This document shows, piece by piece, positions 52,577 through 64,000 of a stretch of 64,000 nucleotides of DNA (position 1 is the stretch's first letter; each line of letters begins with the position of its first letter). A program made the translations under genes and the position numbers. The DNA is from Octopus bimaculoides (Eukaryota). The stretch spans positions 64,025,628 through 64,089,627 of the forward strand of contig NC_068984.1 in assembly GCF_001194135.2 (NCBI RefSeq). The letters are read 5' to 3'. The notes beneath the pieces were generated by a model. The model was not told the origin of the DNA, ran no database searches, and worked only from the letters and a program-made list of their open reading frames with translations.

Positions 52577-52582
52577 GTACAT
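52380..52582. repeat. Compound (TA)n/(CA)n/(TG)n microsatellite
   Basis: Seen directly. Confidence 0.9.
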
Positions 52583-53949
52583 ATCCATATCTGCACATAC
52601 ATATGCTCACATATATCCGTACGTTGGAATACGTTGGAGTAAGGTGTACATGCATCTTTGAACGGGGTTAAGGTTTCATCCGGTCTATCAATCATTTTCA
52701 CAGACAGATTTATATCTCAACATAAGTAACATCATATTAACAGTCAGTTAACATATAGTAAATTACATACAGGTCTTAAACTATACATATACGATGTCTC
52801 GCAATCATGCAATACTGCACTTTGTCTCAATGAAAGTGCAATTAAACTTGAGAAAATCATTTATGTATATACTCAGTCAGTTTTAGAATCAAATAAATAA
52901 TCATGTTAATGTAAAGTATTCATGAAGTGGTCGAAAAAGTACATAACAATACTGCACAGTTAGACTTTATAGCCTTGCGAAATTCAACGAGTAGATGTCA
53001 CGGAATTCACCCTTGGAGATATTCCTGGGACTGCAGATTATTTCAGACGCTTCAACATCAAATCATATTGCTTGATTGTAACACAGTAAAATACAATAAT
53101 ACTTGATACAAAATGTATTACACTAGTAAATAGAAAATTAGCAGAATTCTTAGCGAGTTCGGTAGAATGTTTGCATTATTTCATCTGGCTGTGATTCAAA
53201 ATGCTGCCGAAGTAAATTTTGCATTTAAACCTTTTGGCATCAAAAACCTATAAACAACCCAGAGTAGTGGATTGGTGGGGCCGTAAAAGTGTAAGACTAA
53301 GTGTAAAGTAGTTTCTGTTTTGACCCGTGCATTCATTCAGTCACCAGCTCTTACATTGATGCTAGGCATGTTTATTTGGTCAAACATTGATGGCCTATCC
53401 GTAAGGCAACGTAGAATTCGTGGAGGAAACAGAGTTGCAAAATATACTACAATATTTGTATTGAATATGATACAATAATAGGCTATACACCATGTTGCGC
53501 AATTTCAAGTGTATGTAATACAAAATATAATAGCATATTATATTCAAGAATACATTAAACATATATCACATTAATGTGTATAATTTACAGTGTATATATA
53601 TATTTAATGTATATAATTTACAGTGTATTGTGTATAATTTACAGTGATAAATCATACACAATAAAATATGACTAGTTGCATTACTTGGAGAGTGTCTTGT
53701 TCAATAATACCTAAAACAAATACATTATCTGCTTGCCATATATGCTCAACACATTTTTCGATCCTCGTTAATATTTTCCCATGTTCCTCTTTTTACGCAT
53801 TTAAGGATGTCCTAGCGTTACTTTTATGACGTTGTCAAATGCCATGGTTTGTATAAAAGTATTTCTTCTGTTCCAGCCACTCAACGTGAAAATGAAATTG
53901 CATAAGAATCAGCGGAGTGCATGTTACTTTGGTACAATTGGTGGAGATT

Positions 53950-54265
53950 CCTTTAACTTGTTGAACTAAGTTTGTTTTCATGTATTTCGTGTATATTATG
54001 TTTTATGTATACAAATACTCCAGTGAAGATCTCTTTTGACAGATTCAATATGCATTTGATAATTCCTATCTTAGCACAATACACACGGTGTGATATGTAG
54101 ATGAAGTAGAACCCAAAGCCAATTGTGTTTCGATACACTGATGTTCTGACATCTGCATCTCTACCAGTACATGAAGGAATTTTTAGATATTTCTTTTCAT
54201 CTACAAGATACTTGATGCTTCCAGTGAGTTGCTAGAGTACAATGTCATCCAAATATTTCGACTAA
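53950..54265 (-). pseudogene. Penelope-like RT C-terminal fragment
   Basis: Minus strand KYLDDIV (54240-54258) and VRTSVYRNTIGFGFY...KIGIIKCIL, matching the PLE RT motifs YxDD and TSVYRKPT..Y...H...K.GII. Confidence 0.6.
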
Positions 54266-55394
54266 ATTGTATGTGTTAGAGTTGTACTCTACAGAAGTAA
54301 GATTCCGAAGTTTCAATAACATAGGTGTTTGCCATTATTTTTTGAGATGGTAATCTAAACACCATCCTTTCGTGTGTTTGGATATTTGGACATTTGGACA
54401 TTTTTGCGTAATCTAGACTATTTATTCATCGCACCCTGTATATACATATATAAACATACATACAAACACACACACACATATATATATACATACATATATT
54501 TTGATGTTTTGATTTGCGTTAAAATACTTGTCATTATGTAAACGATATTTGATGCACAACACCATTACTCAAATGTACTGCACTATATTATGCTTTACTT
54601 ACTAATTATATACAGGATTACATGAAGTATGTTAGATGTCGTATGTTAGACTACTTCCCTTATATCTAAATATACTCAGTTACATTATTTAGTTTCACTC
54701 AAATTACATCTCTTTCTATGACCAGTTGAATCTTAGTCAAAAACTGGAAATCTAACATGGTCTGACCTGCTAGATATAAGAATCAAACCTTGCTCATTTT
54801 AAATCATCACGTTTGAAACAAGGAAAACTTCAAGTGTGACGAGAATGGTATTCACCTAAAAGTTCTCAAGAGACTTGCGCAAAATATCCATAGCCCATTC
54901 CTGTAAGTAAGAAATTTTAAAAAAACGATAAATAATGCACGCGTGTCAGAAACTAATCTAACTGTTGTCTCCACAATTATGAAACAAAAGCATCTGACAC
55001 CTTTTTGTATTTCTTTTATTCTAAGAATATATCGGTGCAATATTTTTTTATATGAAATACTGTAGCTATATTATTATTATTCATTTAGAGTACCTACATA
55101 TTAATACGATCCAATGGTAGACTATAACCTACTCCGTTTCTACCCATTGTCTGCAGCTGAAATTCTTAGTTCATTTTATTTAATTTTTAGCAAGTATATA
55201 CTGTTTCTTTTGTTCTTGGTGACAGGTAAGAATTCCTTCACGAAATACTTCATTTCTAAATATTTGTCCTTCATCAGTAAATATCCATTACAAATAAGGT
55301 ATCATTTAGTGTTACTATTTATTTTTTGGGACAAATAGAAGCTATATATGTAATATTGGTTACAAATTTTGGCAAAAACGTCAGCAATTTCGGG

Positions 55395-55500
55395 GAAGGT
55401 AGAAATCGGTTATATCGACTTAGTGCTGAACTGGTACTTATTTTATTGTCCTTGAAAGGATAAAAAGCAATGTCGACCTTGGCAGCATTTGATTTCAGGG
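55395..55500 (-). mobile_element. Second tRNA-SINE family fragment (B box to 3' part)
   Basis: Minus strand AAATCAAATGCTGCCAAGGTCGACATTGCTTTTTATCCTTTCAAGGACAATAAAATAAGTACCAGTTCAGCACT. Confidence 0.6.
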
Positions 55501-56640
55501 GATAAAAACAGAAGAAATGTCGCTGATGTTTTTGTTCGACGTGACAATGATTGTGTTAGTTCGCCGCCCATCATGCATGTTATATGTTTCAATACAACAT
55601 TGAAGGCACGGATATTCAGTTTTCTCACGTAAGACATATCACATCGATGAATACTATGCTGTAAATGTCTTCAAAAGGAGATATTTCACTTCAATGAAAT
55701 AAAAAATTATGATAATATTCTCTATGTAACATTATACAATATTTTACCTTGCTTTCAAAGTGAAAATCAGTCACTGTAAGAAATAAAGATATCACTAATA
55801 CTTTATATACCACACAATTTGCTACAGAATTTTTTATTTTAATCTGAAAAGTACGTTTTATTCAACTTATTTACAAATCTGAAATGACATACCATTCAAA
55901 TAAATAATTAGCATTTTATTAAAACATTAAAGGACATGATTATATGCTGAGCTAACGATATTCATAAACTTGTACGCTTTGAACGAAATATATTCAAAAC
56001 AGATTATTTGCACGGGAAAAAAACACAAAATTCGTGAAATTTTAAAAAGTGCTTTCGCTTTTGATGAATTTTAATTTATTCGGATTGCATGAAACTTTTT
56101 GTCCATAAATTTGATATAAATTGTGAGACAGAATTTGCATAATATATTTATAATACTTTGACTCTTGGACCTATTCATGCAAATATTATATAGATTTCAA
56201 TTTATATTTGTCATATAATGATCTAATTAAAAATTTATAGCAATACTTATTTTAAAATATATACAGTTAAAAAAGTGTAGGGAAGAATATACACCGTATA
56301 TGTTTATGATTATTGATATATATATATATANNNNNNNNNNNNNNNNNNNNNNNNNNNNNNNNNNNNNNNNNNNNNNNNNNNNNNNNNNNNNNNNNNNNNN
56401 NNNNNNNNNNNNNNNNNNNNNNNNNNNNNNNNNNNNNNNNNNNNNNNNNNNNNNNNNNNNNNNNNNNNNNNNNNNNNNNNNNNNNNNNNNNNNNNNNNNN
56501 NNNNNNNNNNNNNNNNNNNNNNNNNNNNNNNNNNNNNNNNNNNNNNNNNNNNNNNNNNNNNNNNNNNNNNNNNNNNNNNNNNNNNNNNNNNNNNNNNNNN
56601 NNNNNNNNNNNNNNNNNNNNNNNNNNNNNNNNNNNNNNNN

Positions 56641-56671
<31 letters not shown>

Positions 56672-56911
56672 GTTAGTGTTTGTGTGCGTCCCCGTAATCT
56701 AGCGATTCGGCAGAAGTGTCTAATAGAATAAGTACTTTGCTGACCTGAAAGTTTTACGATTACTTGTAAAGATGACATGGACGGTTTAAGTCACGTTGTC
56801 TCCTGCCATGCTGCACATCTCCCCACTGTCCTATATGTGTGACTTTTATACATACATCTATATTTTGCAAAGCTGGTTATAGGCATATGTTCTTTTACTA
56901 GATTCTATCAA

Positions 56912-57085
56912 TTGACTGCAGACATGCTGGAGCACCGCCTTTTACTAAAATAAATCGACCCCAGAACATATTCTTTGTAAGCCTGGCACTTATTTTATCG
57001 ATCTCTTTGCCGAACCACTAATTTACGGGAACTAAACACACCAGTATCGGTTGTGGGGGAGCCAAACGCAGACACAAAGATACGC
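56912..57085 (-). mobile_element. SINE family A, 3' half
   Basis: ttgactgcagacatgctggagcaccgcc...aatcgacccc...tttgtaagcct aligns to the other copies. Confidence 0.85.
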
Positions 57086-58129
57086 ACACATGAACATATA
57101 TGCATACACACACACACAAACACACACACACGCATATATATAATATTTTACATGATGTTTGGTATGAGTGAATCTGTGTTGTAATAATTACGGTTTTGAT
57201 TTCTAAGGATCGTCTTGCACATAAAAGCACACATTATTTTAGGTCATTTAAAAAAATTAACTGTGCCAATCCCAATCATTGATCAGCCTTAATATGGGAT
57301 ATAATAACCGATATAAATGTTTGAGTATTGTTTCGTGAATTTCCAGTCACACTATACGTTCTACAAAGAGAATTACTAAAGGAAAAATATGGAGAGAGGT
57401 AACATAAAATAGTGAATGATGTGTACCATTACTAAGCTTGGTGGCAGACAAAACACAAGGTAAGAGAGAAAAAATCATAGAGGTAGAGTAAAAGCAGGAG
57501 ACGGAGTAAGTGACAGGGTATTTATGGGAAGGGCTATACAAGCAGACACTTTTTTAAATTTTATTTGATATCTAGGTACCGAATACGTTTCTTTTAAAAA
57601 AGTGCATATTCAATTCATTAGTTTATATAGGCACCAATAAATTTAAAACTTCAATTATAATGTTGGCATGTATACCGTATTTTATTATATCACTCAGCGT
57701 AGCAAAAGTGTACTTCCAAAGTTACTCGTCACACGACGAGTATCGCTCAAGTTGCGTCAATAATGGTAGACCTTCACTAGCGTATTTATCTTGATTTAAC
57801 GACCATCTTACGAACGATACTATGTGAATGTTTAGGTACGTCTGCCTGTGTACGCATGTATATATGAACATATATTTGTTAAGTTATATATGCATGTTTG
57901 TACAGTTATATATATATGTATCTTTAAATACGTAGCATGGTTTAATATACATAATCTGTGATTATCAGTGATCCTCAGTGGATGGGAATCTCCTTTAAAG
58001 TACAAGAATGAAAAATTGCATATTTGACTTCGTACAAATGGGGTGGGGCTATTTGTAACACAGCACGATTTTCTTGAAATTGATATCGATCAATGCAATT
58101 TGAATTTGACCGTTTTATTTACTACTTCA

Positions 58130-58670
58130 CAAATTTCAAAGAGGCAGCCATATAATTCCATTTTGCTCCACCACACAGCCATCGGTATGACGTTATCCCC
58201 TTCTACTCCAAACCCTGGCTCGGACATCTGCTACAGAAATGCAATATTGACGTTGGTCAGAGAAGACTATAGTATTCCACTGCTGATATCACCAGGATAT
58301 CTGCGAGGATGGGAACCATAGCCGGACGTGGACAAGACAGATTGAAAGATCTCAGCCGGCGCCGAACTGTCTTTGCATGAATGGGTCTGTGGTGAGTTCC
58401 TATGGTCTGCCTAGTTGATTCTGTTGCCCTCCGGAATCAGTCTTGCAAGTACTGTCAGTGCAAGTGGAGCTATTGACGTTCCCTTGTAACTCTCTATCGG
58501 TCACTGCCTGGATCATTATGCGTACTATTTGTGGCGTTGTATCGTTCCCTCAACCGCTCAAATGTCTGAATACTGCAGTATTAATAATTATCCGTGGACG
58601 TTGAGCAGCATGGAGAATTCCGATGGCGTGTTCCATCTAATTTCGTCTCGGTCTTCGCGTACTTGTTGCA
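58130..58670 (-). mobile_element. Decayed Tc1 transposase (HTH to the first catalytic D)
   Basis: Minus strand EHAIGILHA, IHAKTVRRRLRSFNLSCPRPAMVPIL, QWNTIVFSDQRQYCISVADVRARVWSRRG (the VLFSDESRF...DGRVRVWRR motif). Confidence 0.85.
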
Positions 58671-58929
58671 TTCGGGGAAACGAATGACAGGCCGGTAAAT
58701 AAGGATTCCTATTACACCCAATGAGTCAACGTTTTGCACGTGCATCATGAGTTTCATAAAGATGCGTTCGCGAGCATTACCATGTTCTCGAAAGGTGAGC
58801 GAGTTTAAAACCTACATGCAATCATTCAGATTGCAAAAGAGGGAGGTGTTATCGATTGTGGTCAAATTACATGGAAATGTGATACAATCCATATAATTTC
58901 AATATCGTGTATGAAACAAATAATCTTTT

Positions 58930-59645
58930 ACAATGCGATTTTTCTTGGAAACCACATGCTGTATTGTTTGGCATTCGCACCAGAAGCTTCAATACGAACA
59001 TTTCAGAGAGGGTGACTGTCAATCCGAGGACAGTGCAACATGAGGACATGTATCGAGAGTGATAAAAATCAAACATGCAGTCAACATCATGGTGTTTAGA
59101 GTGATCACTAGTGACGACGATGTTAAGCTTCCATTCATATTCCTACACGGCCTCCGACTCAACCCGGATGCCTAATTCAAGTGCCTTACCGAGGCAGTGT
59201 TGCCCTTGGTCAAAGGGTGGCTGCTGGAAGACCCTATGTCTGGCAACAGAACTCTGCACTATGCCACACAAGCAGGCGGACAATTTCTGCGACCACATCG
59301 CGCTTAATATCTGGCCACATAACTCCCCAGGCATCAACCCCCTTGATTATTATGTCTGGGGTGCAGTTGAGCGAGAGACCAACAAAACTCCTTGTAACAC
59401 TAAAGATGAACTCTTGGCAGGGATTATGGCACCATTCACCAACTTAAACAAGGAGACCGTCCAGAAGAGCTGCAACAGATTCTGAAGTCATCTGGAAGCC
59501 GTGGTTGAAGCCAATGGCAATTTTATTTAATAAATTCACTATTTAGTATTTCAAAATATTTTTATGTAATTTTAGTAAATATATCTGTTAAAATGAGATG
59601 TTAGTGTTATTTTCATTTAGAGGAGAGTTTACCCACTGCACCTTG
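58930..59645 (+). mobile_element. Internally deleted maT/DD37D-like (Tc1/mariner superfamily) transposon with 3' TIR
   Basis: WKPHAVLFGIR N-terminus, then IKHAVNIMVF, GRPYVWQQNSALCHTSR, WPHNSPGINPLDYYVWGAVER, LEAVVEANGNFI*. Ends CACTGCACCTTG|TA. The subfamily call is inference. Confidence 0.8.
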
Positions 59646-59679
59646 TATACATATATCTACTATGTAATACATATATGCA

Positions 59680-59722
<43 letters not shown>

Positions 59723-60981
59723 CATGGGGACCTACATATGTATTTATGAACTGTAACATCTCTTTTTCGACTCCAGCATAGAAACTTCAGTACCAATTCA
59801 GATAAAGCTACATTAAAATTTCTTAGCAAATCTGAAATGAAGCACATGAGGTGTAAATTTCTAGAATGTTACATTTTAGAAGTTATATCACTCTAAATCT
59901 ATGTATATTCAGATTATTTGAAGCATGGCTCATAACAATTTGTCATGTTAACGGAGTAGATTTTGCAGCATGCGTTTGGCAGTCCTATTGTCTTATGCTA
60001 TCGTTTCTTATTGAAATACAGCTTGTAGAATGTGGATAGCATTTAAACATGACGTGACTGAGGTTATTTTCATGAATAATGTATTTTATTATTAGAAAGC
60101 ATTGTTCATTCACACATGAGTCATCTGCCATACACGCATATACTCACGCTGTGAAATTCACAGATCTCTGGAAAATAAATAAGCATTTTCTTTGTAATCA
60201 AATGAAAGAAAATATAGACTTTTCAACTGTTCATGGATTTGTCCATTTCTGAATATTTGTGTCAACTTCGAGAGAATTTGACATTGTGCATTTTTTTCTC
60301 TAAATACATGATACTTGCCAGTTTTCTTGTGAGGCCTAAAAATACAAAATTGTATGCTACTGAGCATGCGCAATGATCAGCTGATCTAGATTTTGTAAAC
60401 AATTCCCACAAGAAAAAAGAAAAATGAAAAACTCTTCAGTGCTACACTTCATATTCATGCTAACCATTAAATGTGGATCAGCTCAAAAATTTACATTTAT
60501 TATCACGTACCAAAGTTTTTAAAATAGTTTCATACTACAGTTGCTATCATTTAAACCCACGTATATATTTCTTTATAATTCTGTATATATTTCTTTATAA
60601 TTCATCTGTTTTACCAAATTAAAAATAAAGAACATACTTTTGCATCTAAACCGTCCAGACATATTATTAGAGAACTTAATGTTTCTGTATAATGACGAAA
60701 ATGCAAATAGAAGCATGTCGGAATAATTAATTGGGAACTACCTGTGTCTAATGTAATGAGAGTAAGAGTTACTATTGAAAATATTTCAAGATAGTTTCAC
60801 TTTTTATAGCTGTTCGTCCTTCTGTATATCTTAATCGTTTAAGATGAAGATGTTGATCTAATTGCACAGAACATCTTATCGTTCATGTCCTTCATATTTT
60901 TCTTGATGCTGTTTTGTTCTCATAAGTGGTATTTCATGAACTCACTCTCTATACCCGCAGACGCATTGGAATTCTTTAAGT

Positions 60982-61547
60982 CAGTGGTTCCAAAAGTATG
61001 AGTTGCGACCCACTGATGGGTCACGAACGGAATCCTAGTGGGTCGCTAAAAGTTATAAAATTACGCATTAGCTTTGATTAACTGCTGTCTATCGATATAG
61101 TTCAAGACTCACGTTACAGTTTCAATACAAGACTGGTTGCCTTATCAAGCAGTAGGCTTTTTTCACGAACTTAACAAATCAGAGGTGGTCATTTTCTCAA
61201 GTTATCTATTCGTACGTAATCGTAAAAAGGAAAAGTCTGTTTTTAACCTAATTATAGAGAACTTTAACTAGGCACAGTACAACACTGATAGAGCCGATGA
61301 CAGTTACTGCTTCGAAGTTTTGTATTAGAGTTAATACCTGAAACTATCACGCATTGAACCTGGTGTTAATTCTATTATTGAGCGTAGCAAGAAACAGGCT
61401 CATCCTTCTCACAGGCCTCAATGAAAATGTAATCTGAAATAAATTTGTTTCTTTCATTAATGTTTTTACTCAGTAGAGTTAAGTGGGTCGCCATAAACGG
61501 GTGTCATAAATAGTGGGTCACGTCTCTAAAAAGTTGGGGAACCACTG
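60982..61547 (+). mobile_element. 566-bp hAT (Charlie-like) MITE with perfect 8-bp TSD CTTTAAGT
   Basis: TIRs CAGTGGTTCC...GGAACCACTG; TSD at 60974-60981 and 61548-61555; subterminal GTGGGTCGC/GCGACCCAC motifs at both ends. Confidence 0.92.
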
Positions 61548-61924
61548 CTTTAAGTCAATACGTTATGCCATATGGGCAAGCAACATCAGTTTGCCTTCAA
61601 GACCAATACATTTTTTCTCTTACAGTGATATCCAATCCTTTCGCACTTATATCATATTCTTACCGATTCCTTAATTCTTTTATCCCTCTGCCTCTACCCC
61701 TCTCTCTCTCTTCTCTTCCCACGTGACCGGTGTTCGGCCAAGCCTGATCTTTCTTTCTTGACCAGCCCTTGTGCGTACAACACCGATATTCCTCCCTGTG
61801 TCTGTGAAATCTTGTATCCCTGCCAGCTTAATTTAATTCGTTTTAAGTCGAAAGACACTTGTTACGTCCTGTTATTAATTTTATTGTATTTGTGTAACAG
61901 TGTTCTTTTATTTCCGTCCTCATT

Positions 61925-62112
61925 TTTGTATACATTCGCTGCTTTCTTCCAAGGAATCTAATGTCCTTAGCTTAGTTTTTCCTTGGGGATGGCCAGATTG
62001 GAACAATAGCGAGAATAACCAGCCGAAATTGCAAAGATAATCTGGGTCTCGACTGAGGAAAGAAAACTCCGAATGACTTGTCCTTGTTTTCTTTGTATCG
62101 TCNNNNNNNNNN

Positions 62113-62171
<59 letters not shown>

Positions 62172-64000
62172 TATATATATATTAATATATATATATTATG
62201 TATGTTTGTATGTATGAATGTATCTTTCTATGTGCGTATGTATGTATGCATGTATGTATGTACGATTGTCTGTATGTATATTTCTTTAATCAAGATGTCA
62301 TATTGGGTGACTTACGCATTTGCCAATCTTACAGTATACTGAACACAAGGGGTTTTTTGTTACCTTTCTTGCAGTGTGTAGTGCATTTTAAAGGCCTGTC
62401 TTCACGTTTTTCTATTTAATTTTGTGTGATATATTTTAGCCATGCTCTTCGTATCCTAACATTTTGCAGTTTTGTAAGTTATGCATTTGTTCTTCGTTTC
62501 TTATAACACGGATAAAGCTATTCTTGCTTGCTTCTCACTGTAGCTACTTTGTAATCATTTGGAGGGTCCTTTCTGTGAGGAAGGGGATTCATACGTATTC
62601 AACCTTTTGTAACTAGCCTTCAGCTTTGTTCCTTCAGCTTTGTTCAGAAATTTATACTATTTTGGTTACGTACTTTAACCAGATATTTTTGGTTTGCGCA
62701 AATTACTTGAATATCCACAAATTATTCATTATCATGTTTGTAGTGTCATTGTGTTTTTGCTTTCACATTCCCTTTCCACACCATTGAATTTTTCTCTTTC
62801 TTAATCCATTATGCATCTTTATTGTGATGAATATTTCTGTTCTCTATGCATTACGAATGTGATTGGATTTTTTTTATTATCATTAGTGTGTTTTCCAATG
62901 AGAAACTTTTTCCTTGATGTATATCAAAGAGTCTTATAAAGCATGTATTTGTCAGATTGAGAGCCGTTTTACTTTCCTTACAATTTCTGAAGATCTTGCC
63001 TTTTTGTAGTATTATATTTTTAAATAGATTTAGTTTGTTCTTTTTCATATTTATATCTCGCTATGTAAGCACATGTCTTTTCTCATTTTGACAATCTTCT
63101 ATTGTGTGTTTTCTTGTCACTCTTAAGGGACTGAAAAAAAAATAATGTAAGATAGTCAAGTTTGCTTTTCGAGGAAACAATTTCTTGACAAATCTAGTAT
63201 CTCAGAATTATTAACGAATGATGTTTGTTTATTTTATCTGTAGCTTCGGGAAACATTCCGTTGGTGTATGTTGATTGATTTTATTATAGTCAAGTCTTTT
63301 CTTATTTTGTTTGCAGTTAATATTTGATTTTCCCCATGGTTGCGTCTGTTTATTCTATTGCGGTCATTGTTATTCTGTTTTCGTTATGCTAACGTAGAGT
63401 TTTCCTCGTGCTACATATTAGAAAGTGTATTTGTTTGGATTTTTCTGGTCATGAGCCACCTATTGTTCTGTTTGTTTTAACGTGTATTTTTTGTTCTAAG
63501 CATGTTTTGGTGGAGGGGCTCTCTATTTTATGCATGTGCATGTGTGTAAGTTTGAAACGCGTATGTGAGATTTATCTTTGCTTAACTCTAAATCAACTTT
63601 GATTGAAGATACCTATGATTGAAGGCGCTGGATTCCAAAACAGCCAGTATTTTTGACTGAATACATCAAAGATTACATTATTATATATGTTCTTCCTCCT
63701 TTAAGCCGATAATAAGAAAGTTGAGTGGCATTTGGCTGTTATATCTTGCAGCTTAAAAGATACTTTCTCATTCATTTATGAATATTTTATCTCCTATATC
63801 ACCTTCTTTGAAATTGTCTTCATAACATCATTTCTTTGTCATTTTCTGTTTTTGTGTTTGGTGAGTTATATTTCATTGTTTTCTTCGTTTCTTAATGTCT
63901 ATCATTTATAATTGTGTCAATACCGTTGGTTTATTTTCTGCGAGTTGCCAGTGCATGAGTCGATCTATGTTTGGTTTTTAAATATTATAAATATACCTAC
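61925..64000 (-). mobile_element. Probable highly decayed Penelope-like element (terminal-repeat-like 61925-62100 plus A-rich coding remnant)
   Basis: The minus strand is very A-rich with scraps such as LIIGLKEE, KYWLFWN and CGYSSNL that only loosely resemble PLE RT and GIY-YIG motifs. No intact motif. Confidence 0.3.

Larger units (their letters stand above)
1..64000. other. TE- and microsatellite-rich, probably intergenic or intronic eukaryotic region with about 4.4 kb of assembly gaps (largest: 8575-9396, 10321-11279, 19363-19758, 21220-21838, 28111-28474, 39470-39965, 56331-56640)
   Basis: N runs are seen directly, mostly bordered by (TA)n or (CA)n. No long stop-free non-repetitive ORF exists in six frames. 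The taxon guess (octopod) is inference from repeat content. Confidence 0.8.

Noticed and set aside
8455-56778. Long ORFs in the supplied track (e.g. 8455-9402, 10087-11499, 21133-22032, 39427-40056)
   Set aside because: They are open only because they cross N gaps (X runs) or (TA)n/(CA)n/(TG)n tracts giving YIYI, CVCV or HTHT peptides.
57350-57545. VKAGDGVSDRVFMG as an RTE-type RT fragment
   Set aside because: Only loose similarity, with no QG or YADD motif nearby.
57722-57742. Perfect 8-bp hairpin TACTCGTC-ACAC-GACGAGTA as a Helitron 3' end
   Set aside because: No CTRR terminus at the expected 10-15 nt distance and no linked 5' end.
62030-62095. CTGAGGA...GAAT in the PLE-like terminal repeat as a hammerhead
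   Set aside because: GAAA is altered, stem II is marginal and no stem I is found.

Overview
Strongly AT-rich eukaryotic draft-assembly DNA with about 4.4 kb of N gaps, nearly all flanked by (TA)n or (CA)n microsatellites. The SINE/LINE repertoire and microsatellite style suggest a coleoid cephalopod, probably Octopus (inference from pattern recognition, no database search). I cannot support any host protein-coding gene; the long ORFs in the supplied track are N-gap or microsatellite artefacts. The window is a graveyard of decayed mobile elements: two RLE-type non-LTR retrotransposons (HERO-like, R4/Dong-like), a CR1/L2-group LINE 3' end, Penelope-like elements (PLEs), Tc1, mariner and maT-like transposons, a hAT MITE with an intact 8-bp TSD, a probable Helitron end, and several tRNA-derived SINE families. 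The most notable signals are RNA-structural: (1) two unrelated minimal type I hammerhead ribozyme folds, one downstream of a tRNA-derived Pol III head (12540-12738) and one as an inverted pair (19133-19362); (2) a LINE and the dominant SINE sharing a 3' stem-loop with a compensatory base-pair change; (3) a ~96% identical long inverted repeat (33334-33994); (4) a HERO-like insertion bracketed by ~130-bp diverged direct repeats.
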